Shown: positions 46,816-55,902 of the stretch, piece by piece
Layout of the letters: each line of letters begins with the position of its first letter
Numbering within the stretch: position 1 is the first letter of the stretch
Assembly (NCBI GenBank): GCA_965249615.1
Contig: CBDFMI010000006.1
Coordinates: 9,933-73,932 of the forward strand
DNA length: 64,000 bases
From: a bacterium
GTDB lineage: Bacteria > UBA8248 > JACPRG01 > G963555815
Reading direction: 5' to 3'
Made by a program: the position numbers and the translations under genes
The notes under the pieces: generated by a model
What the model was told of the DNA's origin: nothing
Seen by the model: the letters and a program-made list of their open reading frames with translations, nothing else
The model's database searches: none

Positions 46816-46866
46816 TTGACAAAAAGCATGATATAGACTAATTGAAAGTTTAGGTTAGTCTAAATT
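46816..46866 (+). promoter_or_regulatory. promoter plus DtxR-family operator-like palindromes upstream of the regulator gene
   Basis: TTGACA at 46816-46821. TAGACTAA (46834-46841) and TTAGTCTA (46855-46862) form an inverted repeat. TTAGGTTAGTCTAA (46850-46863) resembles the left two-thirds of the DtxR/IdeR box TWAGGTTAGSCTAACCTWA. Confidence 0.5.
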
Positions 46867-46889
46867 CTGTTCTGCCTGAGGGGGCCGCC

Positions 46890-47555
46890 TTGGTGCTCAG
46901 TAGGCAACTTGAAGATTACGTAAAGGGCATATTCGTCCTTCAAGAGGAGTCGGAGACCGGCCTGGTCGCCACCACGGCACTGGCCAAGCGGCTCAAAGTT
47001 TCCTCGGCCTCAGTCACAAGCATGTTGAAGAAGCTGAAACAAATGAAACTCGCCCAGTACACCCCTTACAAGGGTGTGCGTCTGACACAGGGGGGAGAGA
47101 AAATTGCGTTGGAGATCTTGAGACACCACCGCCTCCTAGAGCTCTACCTCGCTGAGGTGGTGGGGATGCCCTGGGATCAGGTCCACGACGAGGCCGAGAT
47201 TCTCGAGCACGCCCTTTCAGAGGAGTTGGAGGCCATTCTCTTTGAAAAGCTGGGACGGCCGAAGGCAGACCCCCACGGGGACCCCATTCCGGCCGACGAC
47301 GGAACGTTAGAAACCCCTGCCTCGACGGCCTTGGCTGAAGCCGAGGCGGGGACCAGCCGGAAGATCATCCGAGTCGGGAACGACGACCCAAAGATCCTGA
47401 GATACCTTGGAAGCCTTGGGCTGATACCGGGCGTGAAGCTAGAAATCTTGGAGAAGCTCCCCTTCAATGGGCCCGTCAAGATTCGCGTAGGGGACGAGGA
47501 ACATTCCCTGGGACGCGAGCTCTCCCAAGAGATCTTTGTCTCGAGGCCAGCCTGA
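46890..47555 (+). CDS. DtxR/MntR-family metal-dependent transcriptional regulator with FeoA/SH3-like C-domain
   Basis: ...LAKRLKVSSASVTSMLKKL...GVRLTQGGEKIALEILRHHRLLELYL...HDEAEILEH...DPHGDPIP. Confidence 0.85.
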   Translation: MVLSRQLEDYVKGIFVLQEESETGLVATTALAKRLKVSSASVTSMLKKLKQMKLAQYTPYKGVRLTQGGEKIALEILRHHRLLELYLAEVVGMPWDQVHDEAEILEHALSEELEAILFEKLGRPKADPHGDPIPADDGTLETPASTALAEAEAGTSRKIIRVGNDDPKILRYLGSLGLIPGVKLEILEKLPFNGPVKIRVGDEEHSLGRELSQEIFVSRPA

Positions 47556-47580
47556 GGGCTGGCCTCGCTGAGAGGAAACT

Positions 47581-48594
47581 ATGTCTAGGTGGGGAATCTC
47601 GAGAAGGAATTTTTTGAGGTTTGGAGGATTTGCGGGTCTCTTGGGCGCGGGGACCGTCCTGGGCGGCCGAGGGGCAATGGGCGCCGGGGAGCAGAAGGCC
47701 ATCAAGAAGCCGAGAGACCCTTCTCTTATCGCCTCGGCCCACACGGGACCGGGGATGAACCCCGGGAAATTCCTGGAGAACTTTGACTACGGCAAGGTCT
47801 CACAGCTCCCAGACGGAAGGACGCTGCGAGAGTACGAGATCACCGCCGAGGACAAAGAGGTGGTCGTCGCCCAGGGGGTCAAGTTTCCCGCCTGGACGTT
47901 GAACGGATTTGTGCCGGGGCCCACACTCAGGGCGACCGAGGGGGACCGTCTTCGTATCCACTTCCGAAACCTGAGCTCTCAGTTTCACACCCTGCATTTT
48001 CACGCCATCCATCCCGCCCAGATGGACGGGGTCTTCGAGGTGGTCCCCCCCCGGGGAGGGACTTTTGTCTACGAGTTCGACGCAGAGCCTTTTGGGATCC
48101 ACCTCTACCACTGCCACATGACGCCCCTAAAAACCCACGTCATGAAAGGGACTTACGGGACCTTCATCATCGACCCCAAGAAGGCCCGCCCGCCCGCCCG
48201 CGAGATGGTGATGATGATGAACGGGTTTGACACGAACTTCGACGAGGAAAACGAGTTCTACACCATAAACGGCGTGGCCAACTTCTACAAAGACAACCCC
48301 ATCAATATCCAGGTGAACGAGCTTGTCCGGATCTACCTGGTCAATATCACGGAGTTCGATCAGATCAATTCGATGCACGTTCACGGCAACTTTTTCAAGC
48401 TCTACCGGACTGGAACCCGGCTGGACCACTACGAGTTCACCGACACGGTCATGCTCTGCCAGGGGGAGCGCGCCATCTTGGAGCTCACCTACAAATTCCC
48501 GGGGAAGTTCCTGTTCCACGCCCACCAATCCGAGTTTGCCGAGCTCGGCTGGATCGGAATCTTCAATGTCCATCCGGACCGGCCTGTGGCCTGA
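47581..48594 (+). CDS. two-domain multicopper oxidase (NirK-related fold) with Tat signal
   Basis: SRRNFLRFGGFAGLLGAG is a Tat signal. Four HxH motifs (HTLHFH, HCH, HVH, HAH) and a type-1 copper pattern HCHMTPLKTHVMKG. Confidence 0.7.
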   Translation: MSRWGISRRNFLRFGGFAGLLGAGTVLGGRGAMGAGEQKAIKKPRDPSLIASAHTGPGMNPGKFLENFDYGKVSQLPDGRTLREYEITAEDKEVVVAQGVKFPAWTLNGFVPGPTLRATEGDRLRIHFRNLSSQFHTLHFHAIHPAQMDGVFEVVPPRGGTFVYEFDAEPFGIHLYHCHMTPLKTHVMKGTYGTFIIDPKKARPPAREMVMMMNGFDTNFDEENEFYTINGVANFYKDNPINIQVNELVRIYLVNITEFDQINSMHVHGNFFKLYRTGTRLDHYEFTDTVMLCQGERAILELTYKFPGKFLFHAHQSEFAELGWIGIFNVHPDRPVA

Positions 48595-48618
48595 GGACGG
48601 CTCTAAAGGGGTTCAAAA

Positions 48619-49848
48619 ATGGTCCAAGAAAAAGAAATGCCGGCCCCCGCGACGGTGGCTGTTCGACGATCGAGAATAGGGCTATATGCCCTGGGGCTTT
48701 TCCCCCTCCTCATCCTTGCGGCTATCGTCTACGTCTTTCTCACACAGGGCGCCTCCCTGGTGGGCACTCCTCCGGCCCCCCTGGACGCCCTCACCGAACT
48801 TGACTTTGAACGGGTTGTCCTCCAGCCCAACCAGATTGTCGTCCAGATCCGCAATACGGGGCCTGTCGAGGCCATCGTGGGTCAGGTGACGGTCAACGGG
48901 GCCTTGTGGGACTTCGCCATCTCTCCCTCAGACACTGTCCCCAGACTCCGCTCGGCCCTCCTCTCTCTCACTTACCCCTGGGTCGAAACCGAACCCCTGG
49001 AGATACAGATCATCACGTCAAACGGGATGACCTTTTCAAGGGCCATCGACATCCCGGTCGTGACGCCGACCCTGGGCTGGCGGACTGCCGGAAATTTCGC
49101 CCTCCTCGGGGTTTACGCGGGCGTCATCCCCGTCTTCCTGGGACTCCTCTGGCTCCCTTTCCTCAGGCGCCTAAAGGGCCAATGGCTGAATTTCCTCATC
49201 AGCCTCACAGTGGGGATCCTGATCTTCTTGGGCGTGGACGTCCTCGTGGAAGGGTTTGAGGCGGCAGTGAAGGTGCCGGGGATATTCCGGGGGGTTGGGG
49301 TCCTCTCTATCGGTCTCATCATAGGGACCTTGGGGCTACTCGCCTTGGGGAAGGGCTGCCGCAGCTGGGGGCACAATCGATCCGTCGACTTCAACAGGCT
49401 CATCCTCGCCTACATGATCTCTGTCGGCATCGGCCTCCATAACTTCGGCGAGGGCCTTGCAATTGGCGCCGCCTTTATCCTGGGAGAGATCGCCCTGGGT
49501 GCCCTCCTGGTCGTCGGCTTCACCATCCACAATGCGACAGAAGGGTTCGGCATCCTGGGTCCGGTTTCACGCCAAAGGGTCCCCTTCTTTCACCTCGTCA
49601 ACTTCGGACTCATCGCTGGCGGCCCCACAGTGCTCGGAACCCTCATCGGGGGTTTCACTTACTATGACGTCCTGGCGGCCTTCTTCTTCGCCCTGGGTGC
49701 CGGGGCCATCTTCTACGTGGTCTATGAGCTGTCGAATCTCATCGTGAAGGATGACGCCCCCGTCCGGGTCCATGTGATCAATCTCGGGGGCCTTCTGGCG
49801 GGCCTGCTCCTCATGTATGCAACCGGGCTTCTCGTGGTCACGGCCTGA
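48619..49848 (+). CDS. ZIP-family metal transporter with an extra N-terminal extracytoplasmic domain
   Basis: The C-terminal half has ZIP motifs GLHNFGEGLAIGAAF and HNATEGFGI. The first ~150 aa are one TM plus a beta-rich domain. Confidence 0.7.
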   Translation: MVQEKEMPAPATVAVRRSRIGLYALGLFPLLILAAIVYVFLTQGASLVGTPPAPLDALTELDFERVVLQPNQIVVQIRNTGPVEAIVGQVTVNGALWDFAISPSDTVPRLRSALLSLTYPWVETEPLEIQIITSNGMTFSRAIDIPVVTPTLGWRTAGNFALLGVYAGVIPVFLGLLWLPFLRRLKGQWLNFLISLTVGILIFLGVDVLVEGFEAAVKVPGIFRGVGVLSIGLIIGTLGLLALGKGCRSWGHNRSVDFNRLILAYMISVGIGLHNFGEGLAIGAAFILGEIALGALLVVGFTIHNATEGFGILGPVSRQRVPFFHLVNFGLIAGGPTVLGTLIGGFTYYDVLAAFFFALGAGAIFYVVYELSNLIVKDDAPVRVHVINLGGLLAGLLLMYATGLLVVTA

Positions 49849-49873
49849 GGTGGGCCAGGGAACCCGAAGGTTC

Positions 49874-50185
49874 ATGGCCGCGAGCGTCGTGGTCTTTCTA
49901 GGGCTCGTGGGGTGCAGCAGCGAAAACTCGGCGCTCGAGCAGGGGGCCGGGATTTACGCCCAGAGGTGCCTCGCCTGCCACGGGCGGCAGGGCGGAGGGG
50001 ATGGTCCCCAGACGGCCTTTCTCGGCGTGACGGTGCCTAACCTCAGGGAGAGCCTCTCCGTGAAACAGGATTCCGAGCTCCTCGCCATTATCTCCGGAGG
50101 AAAAAATCTCATGCCGGCCTTTGGTCCCGTCTTAACGGAGGCGCAGCAAAGAAGTGTCCTAAAGTTCGTTCGGAGCTTCAAATGA
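49874..50185 (+). CDS. class I c-type cytochrome (lipoprotein signal)
   Basis: ...FLGLVGCSS lipobox, CLACHG haem motif, downstream ...NLMPAF Met ligand region. Confidence 0.75.
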   Translation: MAASVVVFLGLVGCSSENSALEQGAGIYAQRCLACHGRQGGGDGPQTAFLGVTVPNLRESLSVKQDSELLAIISGGKNLMPAFGPVLTEAQQRSVLKFVRSFK

Positions 50186-50814
50186 GAATGTTTGGCTATC
50201 TCCGGGTTATCGTCACCCCTCTCAGCCTCATCGTCGCGCTCTCCCTCGCCGGGGGGACTGCCTTTGGGCATTTTGGTTCCTCCAGCAAGGGGGCGCCCTT
50301 CACCTGGCGAGAGGTGCAGGAAGTCCAGGCTCCCGAATTTCAGATCCTGGACCAGGAGAGCCGCCCTGTCTCCCTATCGGATCTTCGCGGGCGGATCGTC
50401 CTTGTGAATTTCGTTTTCTCCTCTTGTTCTGAGTCCTGTCCCTTCATCACGGCCAAGCTGGCTTCACTTCAGCGAGAGATCCCCGAGGGGTCATTTCACT
50501 TCGTCACGGTGACGACCGACCCCGAGGTGGACCACCCCCCTGTCCTGAAGGAGTACGGCAAAAAATTCGGGGTCGATTTCAGCGGGTGGAGCTTTCTCTC
50601 AGGTCCAAAGGAGACCCTAGAAGTCGTCTGGGAGGATTACGGCGTGAATGTGACGCCCATTGAACGAGGGTGGGTGGATCACAACTATGTCCTCGCCCTC
50701 ATCGACGAAAAAGGGATCTGGCGTGTCACCTATCACGGGGAAACCTGGGATACAGCGGATGTCCTAAAAGACCTGCAGAGGCTTCTGTCGTCTTCGTCTT
50801 TGGCAGAGAAATAA
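50182..50814 (+). CDS. SCO1/SenC-family copper chaperone
   Basis: The thioredoxin-like VLVNFVFSSCSESCP (CxxxC) and ...DHNYVLALID... pattern is typical of SCO proteins. Confidence 0.75.
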   Translation: MRMFGYLRVIVTPLSLIVALSLAGGTAFGHFGSSSKGAPFTWREVQEVQAPEFQILDQESRPVSLSDLRGRIVLVNFVFSSCSESCPFITAKLASLQREIPEGSFHFVTVTTDPEVDHPPVLKEYGKKFGVDFSGWSFLSGPKETLEVVWEDYGVNVTPIERGWVDHNYVLALIDEKGIWRVTYHGETWDTADVLKDLQRLLSSSSLAEK

Positions 50815-50860
50815 AATTCTGAGCCCGCTGAATTATCGTATCTTATTAAATCAAGATGAG

Positions 50861-51505
50861 TTATCCGCCGCCTCCACCCCCGGCCCCGCTGGGTCCACCA
50901 ACCCCCATGATGATCGAAACGTACGGAGAAATTTCAAAATAAACCGTTCTTCCCCATGGGCTCTTATTAAGACGAGCGTTGCTATCAACTGTCAGCCAAT
51001 AGCCTAAAACGTCACCCTTTTCCTTTATGGGATATACATACCACTTCTTCAAGCTGGTGTGGTATTTGACCAGATTTCCCACTTCGTAGCCTTTTACTGG
51101 ATTGATAACAACACCGTTTGGATCTCTAAGCCTCTTTTCTAAGTCACCCCAATTCAATACGCCGAGGTCATTCTCCCGATGGACGTCGGTGTACTGAAAA
51201 ACGAAATCCAGAACTGGTTTTTCGTCTGCATTCGCTATGCCCACGGCGTAGGTCATGGGGCCTTCTTTGCTCAGAAATTGGTAGTGCCTGACTTTATACT
51301 GTCCGTCTTCCACCTGAGCCAACTCTTTGTACGGGTCCCCTTGTTCCGAACCTTTCGGCACCAGAACGCTCGCAGGCGAACATCCATAGAACGCTGCCAA
51401 GGTAATTAGAAGCGCGGGCCCTGCGACCTTTCTCCTCAGCCTAGAAAACTTTTTCGGCTTCACTTTAGAATTTTTGGCCAAATGTTCTCTCCTCCCATCG
51501 CCCAT
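50861..51505 (-). CDS. orphan lipoprotein with C-terminal poly-Gly tail
   Basis: Lipobox LAAFYGCS. Ends ...GVGGPSGAGGGGGG. Visibly lower G+C than its neighbours. Confidence 0.5.
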   Translation of the reverse strand: MGDGRREHLAKNSKVKPKKFSRLRRKVAGPALLITLAAFYGCSPASVLVPKGSEQGDPYKELAQVEDGQYKVRHYQFLSKEGPMTYAVGIANADEKPVLDFVFQYTDVHRENDLGVLNWGDLEKRLRDPNGVVINPVKGYEVGNLVKYHTSLKKWYVYPIKEKGDVLGYWLTVDSNARLNKSPWGRTVYFEISPYVSIIMGVGGPSGAGGGGGG

Positions 51506-51628
51506 TACTATGCCAGTGTGCGGAGAGATTTCAAAATAAAAGGTGTGTTATATTTTGGTTTCAGTTGAAACCGCTGAGGCGCGGTGATTGGGCCACAGAA
51601 AACCCTCTGTAGCAGGAGACCTTCGACG

Positions 51629-53782
51629 ATGGCGAGACCCCGAGCGGGGGTTCTGAGCGGTAAAATCCTCCTTCAAGGGTTTTTTATCGGCTCCCTCCTT
51701 GGCATATCAGCAGGGCTCCTTGAGCCCTACGTCGTCATTCTCCTCGCCTCTCCTCCAGATCTGTATTACACCCGCTGGGCCATGGTCCACCTGATGGCGG
51801 TCTCCGGCCTCATCAATGGCTTCGTCATGGCCGCTCTGACAGCGACGCTGGTGGGCTTCTGGGCCCTTCGGGCTTTTTTGACGGGAAAAGAAATCCCTCG
51901 CCAGGGGTTTTTTGCTTCTCTCCTGTCGCTCTTTTTCATCTTCCTCTTGAAAGTCGCCCTTTCGGGTTATGTGAACGAGCGTTTTCTGCCCGGGGCAACA
52001 AACCTCGTCAGCCTCGTCTTCAACTTGGGATTCCTCGTGGCCGCCGTCCTCATCTTCTGGCTCTTTCACCGGTGGTTTGCGCGAAGAGGGGTCCGCCTCG
52101 CGCAGGCCATGGGAATCGCGGTAGCCCTCGTGGCCATCTCTTCCATTTCGGCCCTGGGTTTCTTCGGGAACGTGGAGCCGCTTCACCGGGATCAGAGGTG
52201 GCGGAGTGTGGCACCAAAATTTTCAGAGGCCCCGAACGTCATCGTCATCCTGGTGGATACGCTTCGGGCCGACCACCTCTCGGCTTATGGATACGAACGG
52301 TCCACCTCACCCGTCTTCGACGCCCTCGCTAAAGAAGGGGTCCTCTTCGAGAACGCCTATTCCCATGCCAGCTGGACCATCCCTTCCATCGCGACGCTCT
52401 TCACCTCCGTCCAGGAGTCCATTCACAGGATGACCCATGTGGCCCACGCCCTTCCGGATGAGTCCCTCACCCTGGCCGAGATCCTGCGTAACTCCGGTTA
52501 CACGACGGCTTTTATTTCTTCCAATGAATTTGTCTCACGCCAGCAAAACTACACCCAGGGATTTGACTATATCCTCCAAACGAACACTCTTTATGAGCGC
52601 CTCCATACCCGAAACTTTCAGCCCCCTTACCGCCTCTACCTCTTCAAGCTCCTCACCCGCCTCCCCCCCTGGGTCTTTGACCTCCTCGACCGGTGGGTGA
52701 ATCTACGCCTGGAGTACCTCATCAATGAGGCGGGCGCGAACCGAAAAGGTCTTTTTAGGCCCATCGACCCTCTAGAGGGTGCCGACCGCGTGGGCAAGGC
52801 TGACTGGATGTATGAATACGCGCGGGGCTACCTGGACCACATGCTGGACCAGCAGGGGTATGACCCAGGGCAAAACAAATTCTTTCTCTACCTTCATTAT
52901 TTTGACCCTCACGACCCTTATCGCGCCCCGGCTCGCTACCAGAAACTCTTTGATCCGGATTATGAGGGGGAGTACGAGGAGATCCCCCCAGATATCTGGA
53001 CCCCAACACCTTTAGACCCCCGAAAGCTTCAGAACATGGTGGCCCAGTACGATGGGGAGATCCGCTTCTTTGACACCTATCTGAACGAGCTCGTCCGTTT
53101 CCTGAAGACGCGGGGTCTTTATGACGAAACCCTTATCATCATCACCTCAGACCACGGGGAGGCCTTCTTTGAGCACAAGAACTATAAGCACGGGGGGACG
53201 GTCTTTGACGAGGAGGTCAAGATCCCCCTCTTCATGAGATTCCCTGGCGCCATCCCGGAAGGACTGAGGATTTCTGATCTGGCGGGTCTCATCGACGTCA
53301 CGCCGACGATCCTGGACATCCTGGGGATCGAAATGTCGGCAGACGGAAAAGAGTTTCAGGGGAATTCCCTTCTCCCCGTCATCCAAGGGAAGGCCCGCCG
53401 AGGAGAGCTTTATGGCGAGATAACTCCCATCGTAAATGACACAACCCCAGAGGCAGCGGCAGAGGGCACAACCTCTCTCGCCTTCTTCGTCTCATTGGAC
53501 CCGAACGGGCAAAAATTCAAACTCATCTCGAAATACAAAGGGGCGCTCTTTGATACGCAAGACCTGACATTGAAGGGGAGTTTACTCTTTGATCTGTCGA
53601 AGGATCGAAAGGAGAGAGAGGATCTCTATGAGCGGGACGGCGCCCTTCCCCAGGCCATAGAGAATCGCCTAACAGACCGGCAGCAAGAAATCTGGGCCCG
53701 GGCGAGACTTGCGGCCCCGGAGGCCGTCGAGCTTGACCCCGAGACCCTAGAGCGTCTGAAATCCCTCGGGTATATCAAATAA
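51629..53782 (+). CDS. membrane-anchored sulfatase/alkaline-phosphatase-superfamily protein
   Basis: About 190-aa multi-TM N-part, then VIVILVDTLRADHLSAYGYERSTSPVFDAL...SHASWTIPSIATLFTS and ...IIITSDHGEAF. Confidence 0.75.
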   Translation: MARPRAGVLSGKILLQGFFIGSLLGISAGLLEPYVVILLASPPDLYYTRWAMVHLMAVSGLINGFVMAALTATLVGFWALRAFLTGKEIPRQGFFASLLSLFFIFLLKVALSGYVNERFLPGATNLVSLVFNLGFLVAAVLIFWLFHRWFARRGVRLAQAMGIAVALVAISSISALGFFGNVEPLHRDQRWRSVAPKFSEAPNVIVILVDTLRADHLSAYGYERSTSPVFDALAKEGVLFENAYSHASWTIPSIATLFTSVQESIHRMTHVAHALPDESLTLAEILRNSGYTTAFISSNEFVSRQQNYTQGFDYILQTNTLYERLHTRNFQPPYRLYLFKLLTRLPPWVFDLLDRWVNLRLEYLINEAGANRKGLFRPIDPLEGADRVGKADWMYEYARGYLDHMLDQQGYDPGQNKFFLYLHYFDPHDPYRAPARYQKLFDPDYEGEYEEIPPDIWTPTPLDPRKLQNMVAQYDGEIRFFDTYLNELVRFLKTRGLYDETLIIITSDHGEAFFEHKNYKHGGTVFDEEVKIPLFMRFPGAIPEGLRISDLAGLIDVTPTILDILGIEMSADGKEFQGNSLLPVIQGKARRGELYGEITPIVNDTTPEAAAEGTTSLAFFVSLDPNGQKFKLISKYKGALFDTQDLTLKGSLLFDLSKDRKEREDLYERDGALPQAIENRLTDRQQEIWARARLAAPEAVELDPETLERLKSLGYIK

Positions 53783-53845
53783 TTCCCTTTTAAACAGAAT
53801 TAGAATCCTGCGGATCCAGTAGACGCCGAATAGCTCCCTGCACCT

Positions 53846-54664
53846 TCACCGGGGGAACTGGCCGAGGGCGCCGAGGCGAAAAAGGGCGAAGTCGTACTTG
53901 ACCGGATCATCCGGGTCGAAAGAACGAAGGGTGGCCGTCACGTCCTCCGCCATCCGCCAGGAGGGGCTTTTTAGATCGGTCAGGCCGAGATGGCGGGAAA
54001 CCCTCGCCACATGCACATCGAGGGGGATGATGAGCTTCGCCGGCGAGACGGTCTTCCACTGGCCGAAATCAAGCCCATCCTCCCTTCGAACCATCCATCG
54101 AAGAAAGAGATTGAGGCGTTTGCAGGCGCTTCCGCTCTCGGGCGATGGAAGGAAGTAGCGGACCCCCACCCCGGGCGGGAGTTTTCGTTTCCCATTTCGG
54201 TAAAAAGGCCCCTGGTCCAGGGACAGAAGATTTTGGACGAAGCGGCTCAGGGCCGGGCCGACGGTCGGCTCCTTGGGCCGGTATCCCTGAAGGAAGAAAC
54301 GTCCCAGCGAGCCCGCCTCTCCGATGGCCTGCTGCAAATAGTAGATGAGGCAGGCCAGATCTTCCCCCCGGTTGAAGCGGTGATAGAAACCCGAAAATTT
54401 TCGGGCGTCCCGCCTCGGTGAAAACCCCATCACAAACTCATGGGGTCTTGCCCCCCCTTTCTGCATCAGGGCAAGGGCCCAATGGAGGCTTTTTAGGATC
54501 TGGTCTACATGGCCGTAAGCGAGGGCCGAGGCGAGAAAACCCACCACCTCCCGGTCTTTAGGGCGGCGGTAACGGTGGACGACCTCCAAGGGGTCGGGCG
54601 ACAAAAACCGCCGATCGAAGGTCCGGTAAAGAGAATCAAGCTGGTCCTTGAGAGAGACATTCAA
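53846..54664 (-). CDS. TIGR02757/DUF2400-family protein
   Basis: ...[30 protein letters not shown]... and ...[17 protein letters not shown]... match my memory of this family. Confidence 0.55.
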   Translation of the reverse strand: MNVSLKDQLDSLYRTFDRRFLSPDPLEVVHRYRRPKDREVVGFLASALAYGHVDQILKSLHWALALMQKGGARPHEFVMGFSPRRDARKFSGFYHRFNRGEDLACLIYYLQQAIGEAGSLGRFFLQGYRPKEPTVGPALSRFVQNLLSLDQGPFYRNGKRKLPPGVGVRYFLPSPESGSACKRLNLFLRWMVRREDGLDFGQWKTVSPAKLIIPLDVHVARVSRHLGLTDLKSPSWRMAEDVTATLRSFDPDDPVKYDFALFRLGALGQFPR

Positions 54665-55104
54665 GATCCGCTCTCCAGAAGGAGAGTGACAGGGCCCTGG
54701 TTCGTGAGCTCGACATCCATGCGGGCTCCGAAGACCCCTGTCTTCGTCGGGACCCCCTCGGCGCGAAGGGCCTCAACAAAACCCTCATAGAGCCTCTCGG
54801 CGAGAGACGGCTGGGCGGCTTGGATGAAAGAGGGGCGTCTTCCCTTTCGGCAGTCCCCGTAGAGGGTGAACTGGGAAACGACGAGGGCCTCTCCCTGAAC
54901 CTCCAGGAGAGAGCGGTTGAGCTTCCCCGCCTCGTCCTCGAAGATCCGAAGGTGAGCAATTTTTTGGGCCAGAAAGGTGGCGTCCTTCTCCTCATCTCCC
55001 TCCCGGACGCCCAAGAGGACGAGAAGGCCCGGACCGATGGCGGCTCGGCCCTCCTGGGACACCAGGACGGCGGCCCGGGCAACCCTCTGGACGACTGCTC
55101 TCAT
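54661..55104 (-). CDS. dtd: D-aminoacyl-tRNA deacylase
   Basis: MRAVVQRV...[12 protein letters not shown]...[10 protein letters not shown]...[18 protein letters not shown]. Confidence 0.9.
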   Translation of the reverse strand: MRAVVQRVARAAVLVSQEGRAAIGPGLLVLLGVREGDEEKDATFLAQKIAHLRIFEDEAGKLNRSLLEVQGEALVVSQFTLYGDCRKGRRPSFIQAAQPSLAERLYEGFVEALRAEGVPTKTGVFGARMDVELTNQGPVTLLLESGS

Positions 55105-55165
55105 TCACCCTCCACCCCGCAAAAAAACCTGGCGGGGACGGCACCCCCTCAGGGGTGATCTGGGC

Positions 55166-55816
55166 TCAGTTGAACGATGCCACCTCCCCTTTCAGGAAGG
55201 AGGTGAGGAGCCGGACTCGCTCCCGGACCGTGGGGGCCTGCAATAAATCCTGCTTCTTATAGACATCTATATCCAGGACCGAGGCAAGGTAGTTCGAGAG
55301 GTCCACGGGACTCTCCAAGAGGTTCACCTGGGACAGGATATTTTGTCGCATCTCCTCCGGCTTCTTTTCGAGGCTCCTGCGAAAGAGCTCAAGCATGTGG
55401 TCGGTCGCCATCCCCAAGGCGGGCGAATCCTCCCACTCCTCCTCCAGAATCTCGATCTCACCGATGAGGTAGGGTTTTTGCTGGACGAAGGATTTTACGC
55501 GGTACCGGCTCAGGCCCCGAAGGACGATGTCCATGTTGCCCCCGGGGTGCTTCAAAACATGCGTGATGACCCCCAACCCGCCAACGTCAAAGTAGTCGAT
55601 CTCCGCCCTTTCCCATCCTTCTCTGAGGAGGATCATCCCCAGGTAGTGCTCCCCCCTCAGGCAGTCATTCACCATCCTCCGGTATCGGGTCTCAAAGATG
55701 TGGAGAGGGAGCATCATGTTGGGGAAGAGGACCACGCTGGGGAGGGGGAAGATGGGGATCTGAGAAGGAGAGCGGCTCTCGTGGGTGAACTCTTGCTCTG
55801 GAAAGATGTCCTCGGC
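55166..55816 (-). CDS. LON N-terminal (substrate-binding) domain protein
   Basis: IPIFPLPSVVLFPNMMLPLHIFETRYRRMV... Confidence 0.7.
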   Translation of the reverse strand, partial: AEDIFPEQEFTHESRSPSQIPIFPLPSVVLFPNMMLPLHIFETRYRRMVNDCLRGEHYLGMILLREGWERAEIDYFDVGGLGVITHVLKHPGGNMDIVLRGLSRYRVKSFVQQKPYLIGEIEILEEEWEDSPALGMATDHMLELFRRSLEKKPEEMRQNILSQVNLLESPVDLSNYLASVLDIDVYKKQDLLQAPTVRERVRLLTSFLKGEVASFN

Positions 55817-55902
55817 CATCGCCCTACAGTCAACACGATGTAAGATTACTTGCGTTTCCCTAACGGGTCCGGAGAGCACTAGCCCAAGACGTCGGGCTTC
55901 GC

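Noticed and set aside
47581-48594. Calling the Tat-exported cupredoxin protein a copper nitrite reductase (nirK)
   Set aside because: It has four HxH motifs (eight His) typical of a trinuclear copper cluster, in addition to the type-1 site. This fits a two-domain multicopper oxidase better than NirK, which lacks the second-domain HxH pairs.
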